IMG/VR virus record: IMGVR_UViG_3300046779_000684
Coordinates: 44,715-108,714 of that record
Length of the DNA stretch: 64,000 bases
Origin: a virus
Reading direction: 5' to 3' (one strand)
Part shown: piece after piece, positions 37,922-46,397 of the stretch
Layout of the letters: each line of letters begins with the position of its first letter
Numbering within the stretch: the stretch's first letter is position 1
The notes under the pieces: model-generated
The model's input: only the letters and a program-made list of their open reading frames with translations
The model's database searches: none
What the model was told of the DNA's origin: nothing
Made by a program: the position numbers and the translations under genes

Positions 37922-37951
37922 CAAAAGTAATATATTAAAAAATTAACGCAA
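37922..37951 (-). promoter_or_regulatory. Bacteroidota-type promoter for the scaffold/capsid operon
   Basis: TACTTTTG (37929-37922) with TTGC 18 nt upstream. Confidence 0.7.
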
Positions 37952-37957
37952 GAAGTT

Positions 37958-38003
37958 AAAAAAGGCCGTTATTATTATAGAAATAGTTGACGGCCTTTAT
38001 TTT
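37958..38003. terminator. Long hairpin terminator after the portal gene
   Basis: AAAGGCCGT...ACGGCCTTT flanked by A and T tracts on both sides. Confidence 0.75.
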
Positions 38004-40446
38004 ATTTCTTTCTGTCGAAGCGGTTTTTATTAATCTCAGCAATTTTTAACTTGGTGTCAATGTCCTTCTCTTTCAACTGAAGTTCTTTCTCCTTCAGGTT
38101 GATTTCACGGGACTTGGCACTTTTAGCAAAACTTTCTTTAGAAGCAGCTTGTGATAACTTGGTCTGCTCAATCAGAAGTTGAGTAGTATCTGCTTCTGGG
38201 TTATAAGAACCTTCGTTAGCGATACCTTTCAGTTTCTCAACCTCAAGTCTGTTCTGACGGTCAAGTTCTTTGTTCAAGTCCTCACGCTCAGCTTCTTGCT
38301 GCTTCATTTGTGCTTCAAACTCCATCTTCTGCTGGAACTGTTGTTGCTGTTGTTGCAACTCTTGCTGCTTCATAGCTTGTTCTTGTTGACGAACAGCTTC
38401 TTTACGTTTCTGTACATCGTTCAAGGTCTTACGAAGACTTCTTTCAGAAGCGGCAGTAAACAAGTCAAGCATCTCTGCCAACTCTGCTCCATTCTGCATA
38501 GCAGGTTGAGCCAACTGTTTCATTTGCTCCAAAGTAACTTTGTCTTCTGCGTAAGAGGATACAAACACGAACAACTCATGAAGCAACTCATTCTTGTTCA
38601 CTTTCAAGAATACAGACTCTAACTCAGAGTTAAGATAGTTCAAAGTAGAGGTTGGCTTCTGCAACTCAATGTACTGAACAACGTCTAGCATTGTCTGGTA
38701 TACTTTCTGAAGAACAATGTCGTGGAAAGCAAACCAGGTCTCTGTTTGAGAGAATGACTGTTGGAGAGAGTTGTTAGCTGCAGTTGCTGTTTCTGAAGGA
38801 GTTGTACTACCTAGACGTTGGCGTGTGATACCAATCAACTCGTAGGCTTCCATACGGAGTGTCTGAGCTAACTGGATACGGGTTTGTATCTCAGCGCTAC
38901 GACTCAAATCCTGACGAGAGAACTGGTTGAACTGAACAGCTCCTCCGGTGTTTTCAATTGAAGTATCGATAAACAATGCTCCACGGTTCTTAGCGTTCCA
39001 AAGCATCATCTCAATTGGATCCTGTGAATCTTTCTTAGGTACAACTTTCAAGTCACCCAAGAACACCACACCAATCTCTTTCTCAAGCAATTCCCACAAC
39101 TGGTTCATACAGATGTTGTAGAGAATCTGGTAAGGTTTAATCAAATCTAAAAGTGATTTACCTTGAGTGTTACGGGTAGTATTGACAATACCTACAATAG
39201 GTACGGTCTGTGAAAACTCTAAAGGTTCGATATTAATGTAGATATCGGCCCCAATCTTAATACCTCTCCACCACTCGTTTACCCAGATTTCTTCTAAGCT
39301 TACGTCACCAAGTTTTTTGTCAAACTTGTAATCCTCAGATACGAACATCTCTTGCTGGAATCCTTCCTCATCCAAGTAGGTTCTCTTGTAGATTAGTTTC
39401 TTAGACTGCCAGTAAGCAGTAACTACTGTGAAAGCATGTTGAGAGTTAAATGAGAATACGTTGTGGTCAATACCTCCATTGGCAAAGTCACCTACGTTTT
39501 CAAAGGTCAACTGCCACAAGGGGTCATTTGGGTTAGGAAGGGCAGGAGACATCGGTGAGTACTCGTTGTTACGCAAGTTCTGCACGGCCCTCTCTTCCAA
39601 GTGGTCAATTTCCTTAGCACTCAAAGAGTATCTGTCTACAATCTCAGTCAAGGAAAGAACTTCGATAGTTCCTACTGCCCAACAGTCAGAAGTGTAATGA
39701 GCGTTACGGTTGGCTAAGTACCATACGTTAGATGGGTTTTCTACCTTGTAGTTAAAACCCATACGAGAGTTGTCGGGGTAGAAGTGGTGATACTCTTGGC
39801 CAGTAATAAGAAAGTCTAGGAATGATTCTTGAGATTGAGCTTTAAAGTTAAAGTGGTAACGCAAAGCATTCAATACTTTGTTACCCCACTCTTCAGCTAC
39901 AGAGGTATAATCCAGGATATCATTCTGAATTTTTTGTTCTCTCTCGGCCCTTTCTTCAGGACTCAACTGCTGGCCTTCTAACTCACGAGCCAAGTTCTCC
40001 AGGAAGTAATCCTTGATGATGTTGGTACGAAAGTCAATGGTCTCGTTGATTGCCTCGTCATCTACAGCCTTTACCTTGTATTTGTGGGGCCTATTAATCA
40101 ACTCACCCTTAAGCTGGTTAAGAGGAGAAGTGACAATAGAGTAGTGCTTCAAGTACTGTGGTACATCTGGTTCTTGGTCAGGTACATCAGACAGGTAGTC
40201 AATTAACTCCTTGTACTCCGGTTGGTTAACGTAATCGTTAAAGTTAAACTCTCCGTTATACAGTCGGTAGTTTTTGCGGAACTTGACGTTCTGTTTGTAC
40301 TGAGCAAATGCAATGTTTGCAAAGTAGTCCATAGTGGACTTTATGAAGGACTCCGTCTCCTTCTCTTTTTTGGTTACAAATTGCTTAGGATAAATGTACG
40401 CATTATTTAATGGGTCATTGAATTCCTTTAAAACTTCTATAATCAT
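38002..40446 (-). CDS. Portal protein (crAss-like), 814 aa
   Basis: Size, position after TerL, QLKGELINRP and YWQS...EWW.G.KIG motifs, Gln-rich C-terminal coil. Confidence 0.88.
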   Translation of the reverse strand: MIIEVLKEFNDPLNNAYIYPKQFVTKKEKETESFIKSTMDYFANIAFAQYKQNVKFRKNYRLYNGEFNFNDYVNQPEYKELIDYLSDVPDQEPDVPQYLKHYSIVTSPLNQLKGELINRPHKYKVKAVDDEAINETIDFRTNIIKDYFLENLARELEGQQLSPEERAEREQKIQNDILDYTSVAEEWGNKVLNALRYHFNFKAQSQESFLDFLITGQEYHHFYPDNSRMGFNYKVENPSNVWYLANRNAHYTSDCWAVGTIEVLSLTEIVDRYSLSAKEIDHLEERAVQNLRNNEYSPMSPALPNPNDPLWQLTFENVGDFANGGIDHNVFSFNSQHAFTVVTAYWQSKKLIYKRTYLDEEGFQQEMFVSEDYKFDKKLGDVSLEEIWVNEWWRGIKIGADIYINIEPLEFSQTVPIVGIVNTTRNTQGKSLLDLIKPYQILYNICMNQLWELLEKEIGVVFLGDLKVVPKKDSQDPIEMMLWNAKNRGALFIDTSIENTGGAVQFNQFSRQDLSRSAEIQTRIQLAQTLRMEAYELIGITRQRLGSTTPSETATAANNSLQQSFSQTETWFAFHDIVLQKVYQTMLDVVQYIELQKPTSTLNYLNSELESVFLKVNKNELLHELFVFVSSYAEDKVTLEQMKQLAQPAMQNGAELAEMLDLFTAASERSLRKTLNDVQKRKEAVRQQEQAMKQQELQQQQQQFQQKMEFEAQMKQQEAEREDLNKELDRQNRLEVEKLKGIANEGSYNPEADTTQLLIEQTKLSQAASKESFAKSAKSREINLKEKELQLKEKDIDTKLKIAEINKNRFDRKK

Positions 40447-40452
40447 GGCTTG

Positions 40453-42438
40453 TTATAATCTAAATGGTGATGAGGTACTACTTCTAAAAGGTGAATAAGG
40501 TTTACGACTCCTAAAGTATTCTTTGAGTCGGTCATCCTCGGAAGTACTATGCACAGTAATCTTGTTAGCAAGAGTTCTAGACATAGCTAATGTCAATCCA
40601 AATGCAATAATACGGTCAACGTTAAGTTTTGGTGTAAATTTTAGTAATTCTTTTAATAGGAGAGGATCTAAAATTCTAGATACACCTAACCTAGTTTTTA
40701 CAATATTACCGTCCGCATCCCGTTCAATATCAATCTCTTCTGTAAGGTATTCAATAATTAAACCTAGCAAGTGAGCTTTAATTTCTTTGGTCATGTGAAT
40801 TCCGTAGTCACGATTAACTGTAGAGTTAGGGTGAATATCTGTCAAGAATGAAGGAGTTCGCTCAAGTACTCTAGGTCCAATGTTCTTTTCTACGCAATGC
40901 TGGATGAAACCGTAGTCCATGTTTTCACATAGGGTTTTAGCGTTGTAGTACATCAGAAGCATCTTGGTAGTTTCATACCATTGCTCAATCTTCTTAGGGC
41001 GGCCTGTGTATGCAGCTACTACTATGTTTTGCCAACCTTCACCCGAAAGATTATGAATTCTTTTGTAGATGTAGGTAGAACCCAAAGAAGTTGAGTAATG
41101 GGCTTGTGATTGTTTATATGGGTCAGTTCCTGCCGTATAAAGCCCATAAGGTGCGTCTGATATTGGGTACTCCCAAATAACTACGCAACCTTCAATATCG
41201 TCTGCTGGTTTAACTGGGAAGTTTACTACTGGCTTCTTGTCGGTGAATTTATGAGCAACCTTACCATCCTGCTTGAAGTAGAGTTCTACATTGTCTCCTT
41301 TAATGTCTTGATTGACTAACTTCTGTAATTGTTCTTGAAGAAGGTCTACTGGGAAGATGTTCTGAGACATCTCCATAAAGCACTCCTCATGAGTTAGAGG
41401 GTAGTACATTATCTCCTTCAGGTAAGCTTCTAGTCCAGATGCCTTCTTAACGTTGTCACGGTTCTTAAGAATCATCTCCTTACCCTTCTCTTCGTCACTT
41501 ACCCAGATAGTAATGTTATCTAGTTCTGAAGACTCTTCCTTGCCTAGGTATAAACCTAAAGGTTTATTTTCTCTAGGTACTTTCAAAGATTTGGTTCCTG
41601 GAATAAACAATCCGTAAGACTTGCCTGTTTCATTAGCCTCTACAGATAGAAAGTTATAAGCTTCAGGGTTATTGAAAAGTTCTTCCAAGTCCCCGGCCTT
41701 AGTCATATCTCCAGAAGTCCCAATTACAATGGGAGAACAACGCCATCCAAACTCTGAGTCAAAACAGGGAATGGTAGCCGACAGACAGTTAAGCATGTTG
41801 CCCTTACCTGCTTCTTCTAACATAAAGGAAGAGAGAGTAAGACCTGCCGCTGCCTCCGTATTGTTACCTTCGTCAAAGTTACGTTTGTTACTAGTTTTGT
41901 CCTTGAAACCTAGGGTTACTTGACGCTTCCAGTCATCCTCAATACGCAAGAATCTAAAGTACTTAGGTAAGTTCTGCAGAACCAAGTCTACCGCTTGAGT
42001 AGTGTTGCTTAAATCCGGTTGGTTTAGGGCTGAGATAAGGTTATCACTACCGTACTGAGTTACGGCCTTGTGAGCCATGTAGGAAGAGGTTATGATAGTT
42101 TTAGAGATACGACGAGATCCTACTATCACCAATCCTTTCATGCCATCAGGATGATTCTCGGCCTTACCAATAGCATCGTCAATCTGCAAATAACTATCCC
42201 AAAGTTGAGGCTTGCCTAGTTTACGTACCTTTCGAGTACCAATCAGTTCATCCTTGTATAACGTACCGTAGTTTAAGTGCCAGTAAATAAACGGAGAAAA
42301 GTAAAACCCATTGATGGTTACTCCCTCTGTAATTTTCTTGTATTCGTTATCCCAAAAAGGAACAAACTCCTCAGAGTTCTCGTCCTCTGGGATGCTCCTC
42401 ATGTTGATTAAGAATTCAGCACTGTCTGGGTTATACAT
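40453..42438 (-). CDS. terL: Terminase large subunit
   Basis: Walker A-like GSRRISKT, Walker B-like FMLEE, motif III GTSG, RNase H-like GTDPY and VDRIIA. Confidence 0.92.
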   Translation of the reverse strand: MYNPDSAEFLINMRSIPEDENSEEFVPFWDNEYKKITEGVTINGFYFSPFIYWHLNYGTLYKDELIGTRKVRKLGKPQLWDSYLQIDDAIGKAENHPDGMKGLVIVGSRRISKTIITSSYMAHKAVTQYGSDNLISALNQPDLSNTTQAVDLVLQNLPKYFRFLRIEDDWKRQVTLGFKDKTSNKRNFDEGNNTEAAAGLTLSSFMLEEAGKGNMLNCLSATIPCFDSEFGWRCSPIVIGTSGDMTKAGDLEELFNNPEAYNFLSVEANETGKSYGLFIPGTKSLKVPRENKPLGLYLGKEESSELDNITIWVSDEEKGKEMILKNRDNVKKASGLEAYLKEIMYYPLTHEECFMEMSQNIFPVDLLQEQLQKLVNQDIKGDNVELYFKQDGKVAHKFTDKKPVVNFPVKPADDIEGCVVIWEYPISDAPYGLYTAGTDPYKQSQAHYSTSLGSTYIYKRIHNLSGEGWQNIVVAAYTGRPKKIEQWYETTKMLLMYYNAKTLCENMDYGFIQHCVEKNIGPRVLERTPSFLTDIHPNSTVNRDYGIHMTKEIKAHLLGLIIEYLTEEIDIERDADGNIVKTRLGVSRILDPLLLKELLKFTPKLNVDRIIAFGLTLAMSRTLANKITVHSTSEDDRLKEYFRSRKPYSPFRSSTSSPFRL

Positions 42439-42755
42439 TACATGAATTTTTTCATCAAACCATTAACCTCCTGCGAACCACGAGCAACTGTCTTCTGCTC
42501 TTCTTTCTCACGGAGTTTATCTACTGTCTCTAGTAATGCAAGATACTCTTTCATAGTATCACGCAAAGACTTAATCTGGGATTCTATAGAAGCAACTACC
42601 ATAGGCATTGCTCCACCTTTAGCTGTAGGCTTCCATTCTATCCTATCTTTTAATTCTGCGATAGGATTCTTGTCGATATAAGCACGCCACTCTTGGAGTT
42701 TGGCTTCTGCCCACTCTAATTCAGCTGATACGTATGTTTGCTTCTTAACTGCCAT
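42438..42755 (-). CDS. Putative terminase small subunit, 105 aa
   Basis: Helical, directly upstream of and coupled to terL. Confidence 0.55.
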   Translation of the reverse strand: MAVKKQTYVSAELEWAEAKLQEWRAYIDKNPIAELKDRIEWKPTAKGGAMPMVVASIESQIKSLRDTMKEYLALLETVDKLREKEEQKTVARGSQEVNGLMKKFM

Positions 42756-42957
42756 ATTTATTTAAAAATTCTTGATAGGATAAATTCATAAAGTCCTCCA
42801 ACGTTCTAGCGTAGAAGTCCTCGTTATTACCAGTCTTTCCGTAAGAGTAACCTGCCTTCCAAAAAATCTTCATAGTGGCGAATAAATCGTCCTGGAAGGT
42901 TCTTGGAGGTTCAGGTAACTCCTTACGGTTAGACTTGATAGGTTGGTTGGTTTCCAT
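42745..42957 (-). CDS. Hypothetical protein, 70 aa
   Basis: Fits the operon packing; preceded by an A-rich start. Confidence 0.6.
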   Translation of the reverse strand: METNQPIKSNRKELPEPPRTFQDDLFATMKIFWKAGYSYGKTGNNEDFYARTLEDFMNLSYQEFLNKYGS

Positions 42958-42963
42958 GTCTAA

Positions 42964-43101
42964 TTACTTCTTAATAGCTTTCGCTACGTTGATGTTTCCA
43001 TCGTTAGGCATGATGTACAGTTCTACTGCGCATTTAGTGCCTTTGTTGCCACCACACTGGTTAGTGATGGTTTTTGGTTTGGGTTGTGCCTGTGTTTTCA
43101 T
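42964..43101 (-). CDS. Small protein, 45 aa (not in the ORF track)
   Basis: Manual translation MKTQAQPKPKTITNQCGGNKGTKCAVELYIMPNDGNINVAKAIKK; fills the gap between neighbours with 4-6 nt spacers. Confidence 0.65.
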   Translation of the reverse strand: MKTQAQPKPKTITNQCGGNKGTKCAVELYIMPNDGNINVAKAIKK

Positions 43102-43105
43102 TTTA

Positions 43106-43483
43106 TTATGGGTTATATTTTTGCCACTTTAAAGGTAATTGCTTTTCTGGGTTTTCCTCATTCCAATCTGCTATACCGCAATCTGAAGAAAGGGAAGCGG
43201 TTTTGAAGTCGAGGATGCAGCCACAAAATGCACAGTGATCCTCTGGACGGGATGTGTCATAGTGCTTGCCTGTAAGTTCTGCATACTCCACAGACTCTCT
43301 AGCTGCCCTGGAGTTATAAGGACAGTTGAGACAAATCTCCATCCGGTTTGCGATGACTTCTTGCTTCTCATGACTCAGTAGGCGGAATTGGTGAGCTATC
43401 TTGTTGGTTACCCCATGTAGGACCTTGTCCGCATTCTGCAGTCCTTTTTTGCTCATACTCAGGTATTCTTTGAATGGATTCAT
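43106..43483 (-). CDS. Zn-binding protein, 125 aa
   Basis: R..IC..CP...C..CGC....K.....C...W pattern. Confidence 0.7.
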   Translation of the reverse strand: MNPFKEYLSMSKKGLQNADKVLHGVTNKIAHQFRLLSHEKQEVIANRMEICLNCPYNSRAARESVEYAELTGKHYDTSRPEDHCAFCGCILDFKTASLSSDCGIADWNEENPEKQLPLKWQKYNP

Positions 43484-43925
43484 ATAGTTGGTTTAATTTA
43501 AGGTCAATAGATTCTATTCGGGTTATTTTATTCTGATAGAGGGTCTCATTAATAATCCCTTTTTCTAACATAATACTGGCTCTCTTCTTTAACGAAGAAC
43601 TGGCTGCCTTAAATGCAGTAGCCCTTTCGTCTAAATAACTAAAGCTCATGTAGTCTTTAGAATTACCACTAAGGTACTTCTGCAAAGACTGCTCTAAACC
43701 AAAGGCACTCCTACTCAGATTGTTTACAGCAGAAGACAAGTTTATCTGAAGCATGCCAAGTCCTCGTAAGAAGATCTGGCAAGTTGGCTTCTCTACCAAG
43801 TCAGCAAACGTTTTGTTCAGGTACCAAGAGTAGACAGTATCTATCTGCGCAGTAGTATACCCAGATTGTTTTGCAACGTCCGAGTATAATCCATAAGATC
43901 TATATTCTACTTCTTTATGATACAT
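43368..43925 (-). CDS. HU/IHF-like DNA-binding protein, 185 aa
   Basis: N-terminal DVAKQSGYTTAQID...IFLRGLGML resembles the HU/IHF fold. Confidence 0.55.
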   Translation of the reverse strand: MYHKEVEYRSYGLYSDVAKQSGYTTAQIDTVYSWYLNKTFADLVEKPTCQIFLRGLGMLQINLSSAVNNLSRSAFGLEQSLQKYLSGNSKDYMSFSYLDERATAFKAASSSLKKRASIMLEKGIINETLYQNKITRIESIDLKLNQLYESIQRIPEYEQKRTAECGQGPTWGNQQDSSPIPPTES

Positions 43926-44250
43926 CTGTCTTCGTTTTGTCTAAGCTCAGTAATAGGGTTATGCTTGCAGTGTCTTTCTGAGGTAACTTAAGTTTATTGT
44001 TAATTACGTTCTTTTCAAGCAACTTCAACTTTCTAAGTTTGGTGATTACGTTGGAGATAACTTGGATTGAAGTATTATTTTTTGCTGCTAACTCATCCTT
44101 GATTTCTTTGTTGATGGTTCCATAAAAAGAGCTGTAGGCCAGCACACGTACAGATAAATCAGATAGTCTGTAGCCTGCCAATCTAAGCAATATATCTATG
44201 TACGATTGATGCAATTCGACTCCTTCTTCGTATTTTCTAGCGACTTTCAT
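43915..44250 (-). CDS. Putative winged-helix DNA-binding protein, 111 aa
   Basis: ELAAKNNTSIQVISNVITKLRKLKLL HTH-like pattern. Confidence 0.55.
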   Translation of the reverse strand: MKVARKYEEGVELHQSYIDILLRLAGYRLSDLSVRVLAYSSFYGTINKEIKDELAAKNNTSIQVISNVITKLRKLKLLEKNVINNKLKLPQKDTASITLLLSLDKTKTDVS

Positions 44251-44266
44251 TCGGGTTGGTTTTAAA

Positions 44267-44299
44267 CAAATATACTACCCTAATAAAAAAAGTCAAGTT
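44267..44299 (-). promoter_or_regulatory. Promoter of the packaging operon
   Basis: AACTTGACT ... TATATTTG with an 18-nt spacer. Confidence 0.8.
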
Positions 44300-44347
44300 T
44301 AAAGTTATAATTCTGTAGATTAATTCTATCTTAACTTAAGAAATTAA

Positions 44348-44377
44348 TGGACAAATTTTCAAATAAAACTATATTTG
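44348..44377 (+). promoter_or_regulatory. Divergent promoter for the plus-strand gene
   Basis: TATATTTG at 44370-44377, TGGAC 18 nt upstream, ATG 15 nt downstream. Confidence 0.65.
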
Positions 44378-44392
44378 TGATAAGAGGTTACT

Positions 44393-44659
44393 ATGAAAAA
44401 AGTATCTATACCTACTAAGGAAGAGTTGATGGAGGTATTCATTGACGAACTCAAAGACTGCGAAATCGGACTAGCTGGTGAGATAGAAGCATTTAGTACT
44501 AGCCTCTACAAATCGTTTCGAAAGTATATCAAGGGAAGGGAGTATAAGGACAAGCTTTTGTATGAGTTTGTTTTTGGCACAGTAGACGACCTCCTATACG
44601 ACGACTCGCCCTCACAGAGAACTGACAGTAACTTACGTCAGCAAGCTGCAGGAGAATAA
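44393..44659 (+). CDS. Hypothetical protein, 88 aa; the only credible plus-strand gene
   Basis: Has its own promoter and sits in a gap between minus-strand genes. Confidence 0.7.
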   Translation: MKKVSIPTKEELMEVFIDELKDCEIGLAGEIEAFSTSLYKSFRKYIKGREYKDKLLYEFVFGTVDDLLYDDSPSQRTDSNLRQQAAGE

Positions 44660-44662
44660 TTC

Positions 44663-44693
44663 TTTGCTCCATTCATTTTTCTTTCTATATTTG
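44663..44693 (+). promoter_or_regulatory. Canonical Bacteroidota promoter TTTG-N19-TATATTTG with no downstream ORF
   Basis: TTTG 44663-44666, TATATTTG 44686-44693. Confidence 0.75.
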
Positions 44694-44697
44694 CAGC

Positions 44698-44930
44698 GAC
44701 ACCGTTTCAAAACGATCACCTGTGAGGGCTTATGGTAGGTAGCAGGTCAGAAGTCGGATAGTATGAGTAATCCTTAGAGGTGAAAAGAGGTTTCTCCGAT
44801 AGTGTCAAAACGTTATTGACGAAATTTGCAGTGCCCTGACCTGGCAGACCCAGGCAATAAGTGGACACAACAGGGACTTGAGGCAACTCATTTGGTAAAA
44901 ACTGCTGCACTATAAGTCGCCAACGGTATA
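44698..44930 (+). ncRNA. Candidate structured non-coding RNA (about 230 nt), family not recognised
   Basis: Own promoter, no plus-strand ORF, at least 7 short helices including a GCAA tetraloop, and a closing ACCGTT/AACGGT stem. Confidence 0.6.
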
Positions 44931-44968
44931 AAAAATCAACTTGATTTTTCGTTTCTGGAAGGAGTAAA

Positions 44969-45412
44969 TTATTTCATCCGACCAACAGCAACAGCCAAAG
45001 ACTTCTCAAGTGCTTTGGAGTAGGCTTTTTTGTTGTGGGGAATCTGGTCGACTGTCAAGAACATTGCATTTACAAACACTCGTTTCTTGGCTTGACCTTC
45101 GTAAACTTTATCTCCTGCCGACAGTTTAACCATAACAATGTAATCACGCCTCAGTAACTGGATGCCAATAATATTAACTAGTTGCTCAGGCATTGCAACT
45201 GAACAGATCTGCACTTTAAGTAGCTGACCTGTATCACAGAGGCTGAACTGGTCCGCCACTAGTTGCTCGGCAGTTGTTTGAGCACCAAACGTTATGGGTC
45301 GGCCAGCAATTTCAGAGATAGAAGCAATAGATGTTACTGAGTCTACTTTGTAGCATTGTCCTTGTAGGCTTAAAGCCAATAAGGATACGAGGGTGAATAG
45401 TATAGTTTTCAT
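44969..45412 (-). CDS. Exported protein, 147 aa, possibly a CsgG-like alpha/beta fold
   Basis: Signal peptide SLQG|Q; C-terminal AYSKALEKSLAVAV helix resembles that of the neighbouring CsgG-family protein. Confidence 0.6.
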   Translation of the reverse strand: MKTILFTLVSLLALSLQGQCYKVDSVTSIASISEIAGRPITFGAQTTAEQLVADQFSLCDTGQLLKVQICSVAMPEQLVNIIGIQLLRRDYIVMVKLSAGDKVYEGQAKKRVFVNAMFLTVDQIPHNKKAYSKALEKSLAVAVGRMK

Positions 45413-45413
45413 T

Positions 45414-46397
45414 TTAGTAAGTTACTTGTCCTGCATAACCAGGTGCTATGAGATAAAGGTTTAAGGTTCCACCTGAAGTAAGAGTAGAGGTAGTGTAAGT
45501 ACTAACCCCTGAGTAAGTCCCTCTTACATTTGTGGTGGCTGCCTTAATAGAATTGTACTGTGCGGTTGTAAAGATACGAACATCCGGTGCTGTGCGCCAG
45601 TTAGAGAATAACCCAGCTCTTCTAGCGGCTACATAGTACTTGTCTGCTACTGATATCCTTCCGTCATCGTTTACGTCAAACATATGGAAGGAAAGACCGT
45701 TACGCACAGTTTTGCCTAGGATGACATTAGATACTCCCTGAACATCAGTTAAGGAGTAAGATTGTACCCGAGTCGGTGCTGGGATTTCTATGTAGTATTC
45801 TTTGGAAGGATCGTAACTTTCAGAGATTGAATAGTAACCGTTCGAGTTAGTATAAATGGTTTTGTAAAGAGTCCAAGATGAAGTTGTTACTAGATATTCA
45901 AACTCTAGAACATAAGCAAGACTAGAAGTTCCATTTAAGTCATTCCACCTACCACCTGATACAAACTGAACGTAATCTTCGTTACCTGAGTTATTGGGTT
46001 CTCCAGAGTTCCAGTTTGTGTAAGAGTAAGTTTCTCCTGTTACCCATCTCCAAGTTCCTTCATTTACTTCGTCTGTAAGTCCTATCCATCCAGAAGGCCA
46101 CAATCCATAAATAAATCCTTGTTCTCCTGAAGAAGTGATGGCTACTAAGTGTCCTCCCATATTAGCACAATTCGACTTAGCTGTTTGCCAGTTTGCTGTT
46201 CCTGTAGAACGGTAGTAGGAGTGACCGTTGTAATTCTGTTGGTTGGTGAATCCAGTAATTGTTGAGTTAGTTCTACGGTAAAGCTTGATTGGGACATTGA
46301 CAGCACCTGAACCATTACCGTTATACATATACCCTGAGTAGGTAAACTGAGCAGACAGATCAACTGCCCAAAGTAAAAGTAAGATAAGCCACCTCAT
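45414..46397 (-). CDS. Exported C-type lectin domain + dockerin-like protein, 327 aa
   Basis: Signal peptide LSA|Q; CTLD motifs GHSYY, C...GGHLV, WIGL, EPN, WND; FDVNDDGRISVAD Ca-binding loop. Confidence 0.85.
   Translation of the reverse strand: MRWLILLLLWAVDLSAQFTYSGYMYNGNGSGAVNVPIKLYRRTNSTITGFTNQQNYNGHSYYRSTGTANWQTAKSNCANMGGHLVAITSSGEQGFIYGLWPSGWIGLTDEVNEGTWRWVTGETYSYTNWNSGEPNNSGNEDYVQFVSGGRWNDLNGTSSLAYVLEFEYLVTTSSWTLYKTIYTNSNGYYSISESYDPSKEYYIEIPAPTRVQSYSLTDVQGVSNVILGKTVRNGLSFHMFDVNDDGRISVADKYYVAARRAGLFSNWRTAPDVRIFTTAQYNSIKAATTNVRGTYSGVSTYTTSTLTSGGTLNLYLIAPGYAGQVTY

Noticed and set aside
44716-44910. 64-aa minus-strand ORF across the RNA candidate
   Set aside because: No recognisable composition or upstream A-rich start; the promoter and helices point to a plus-strand RNA
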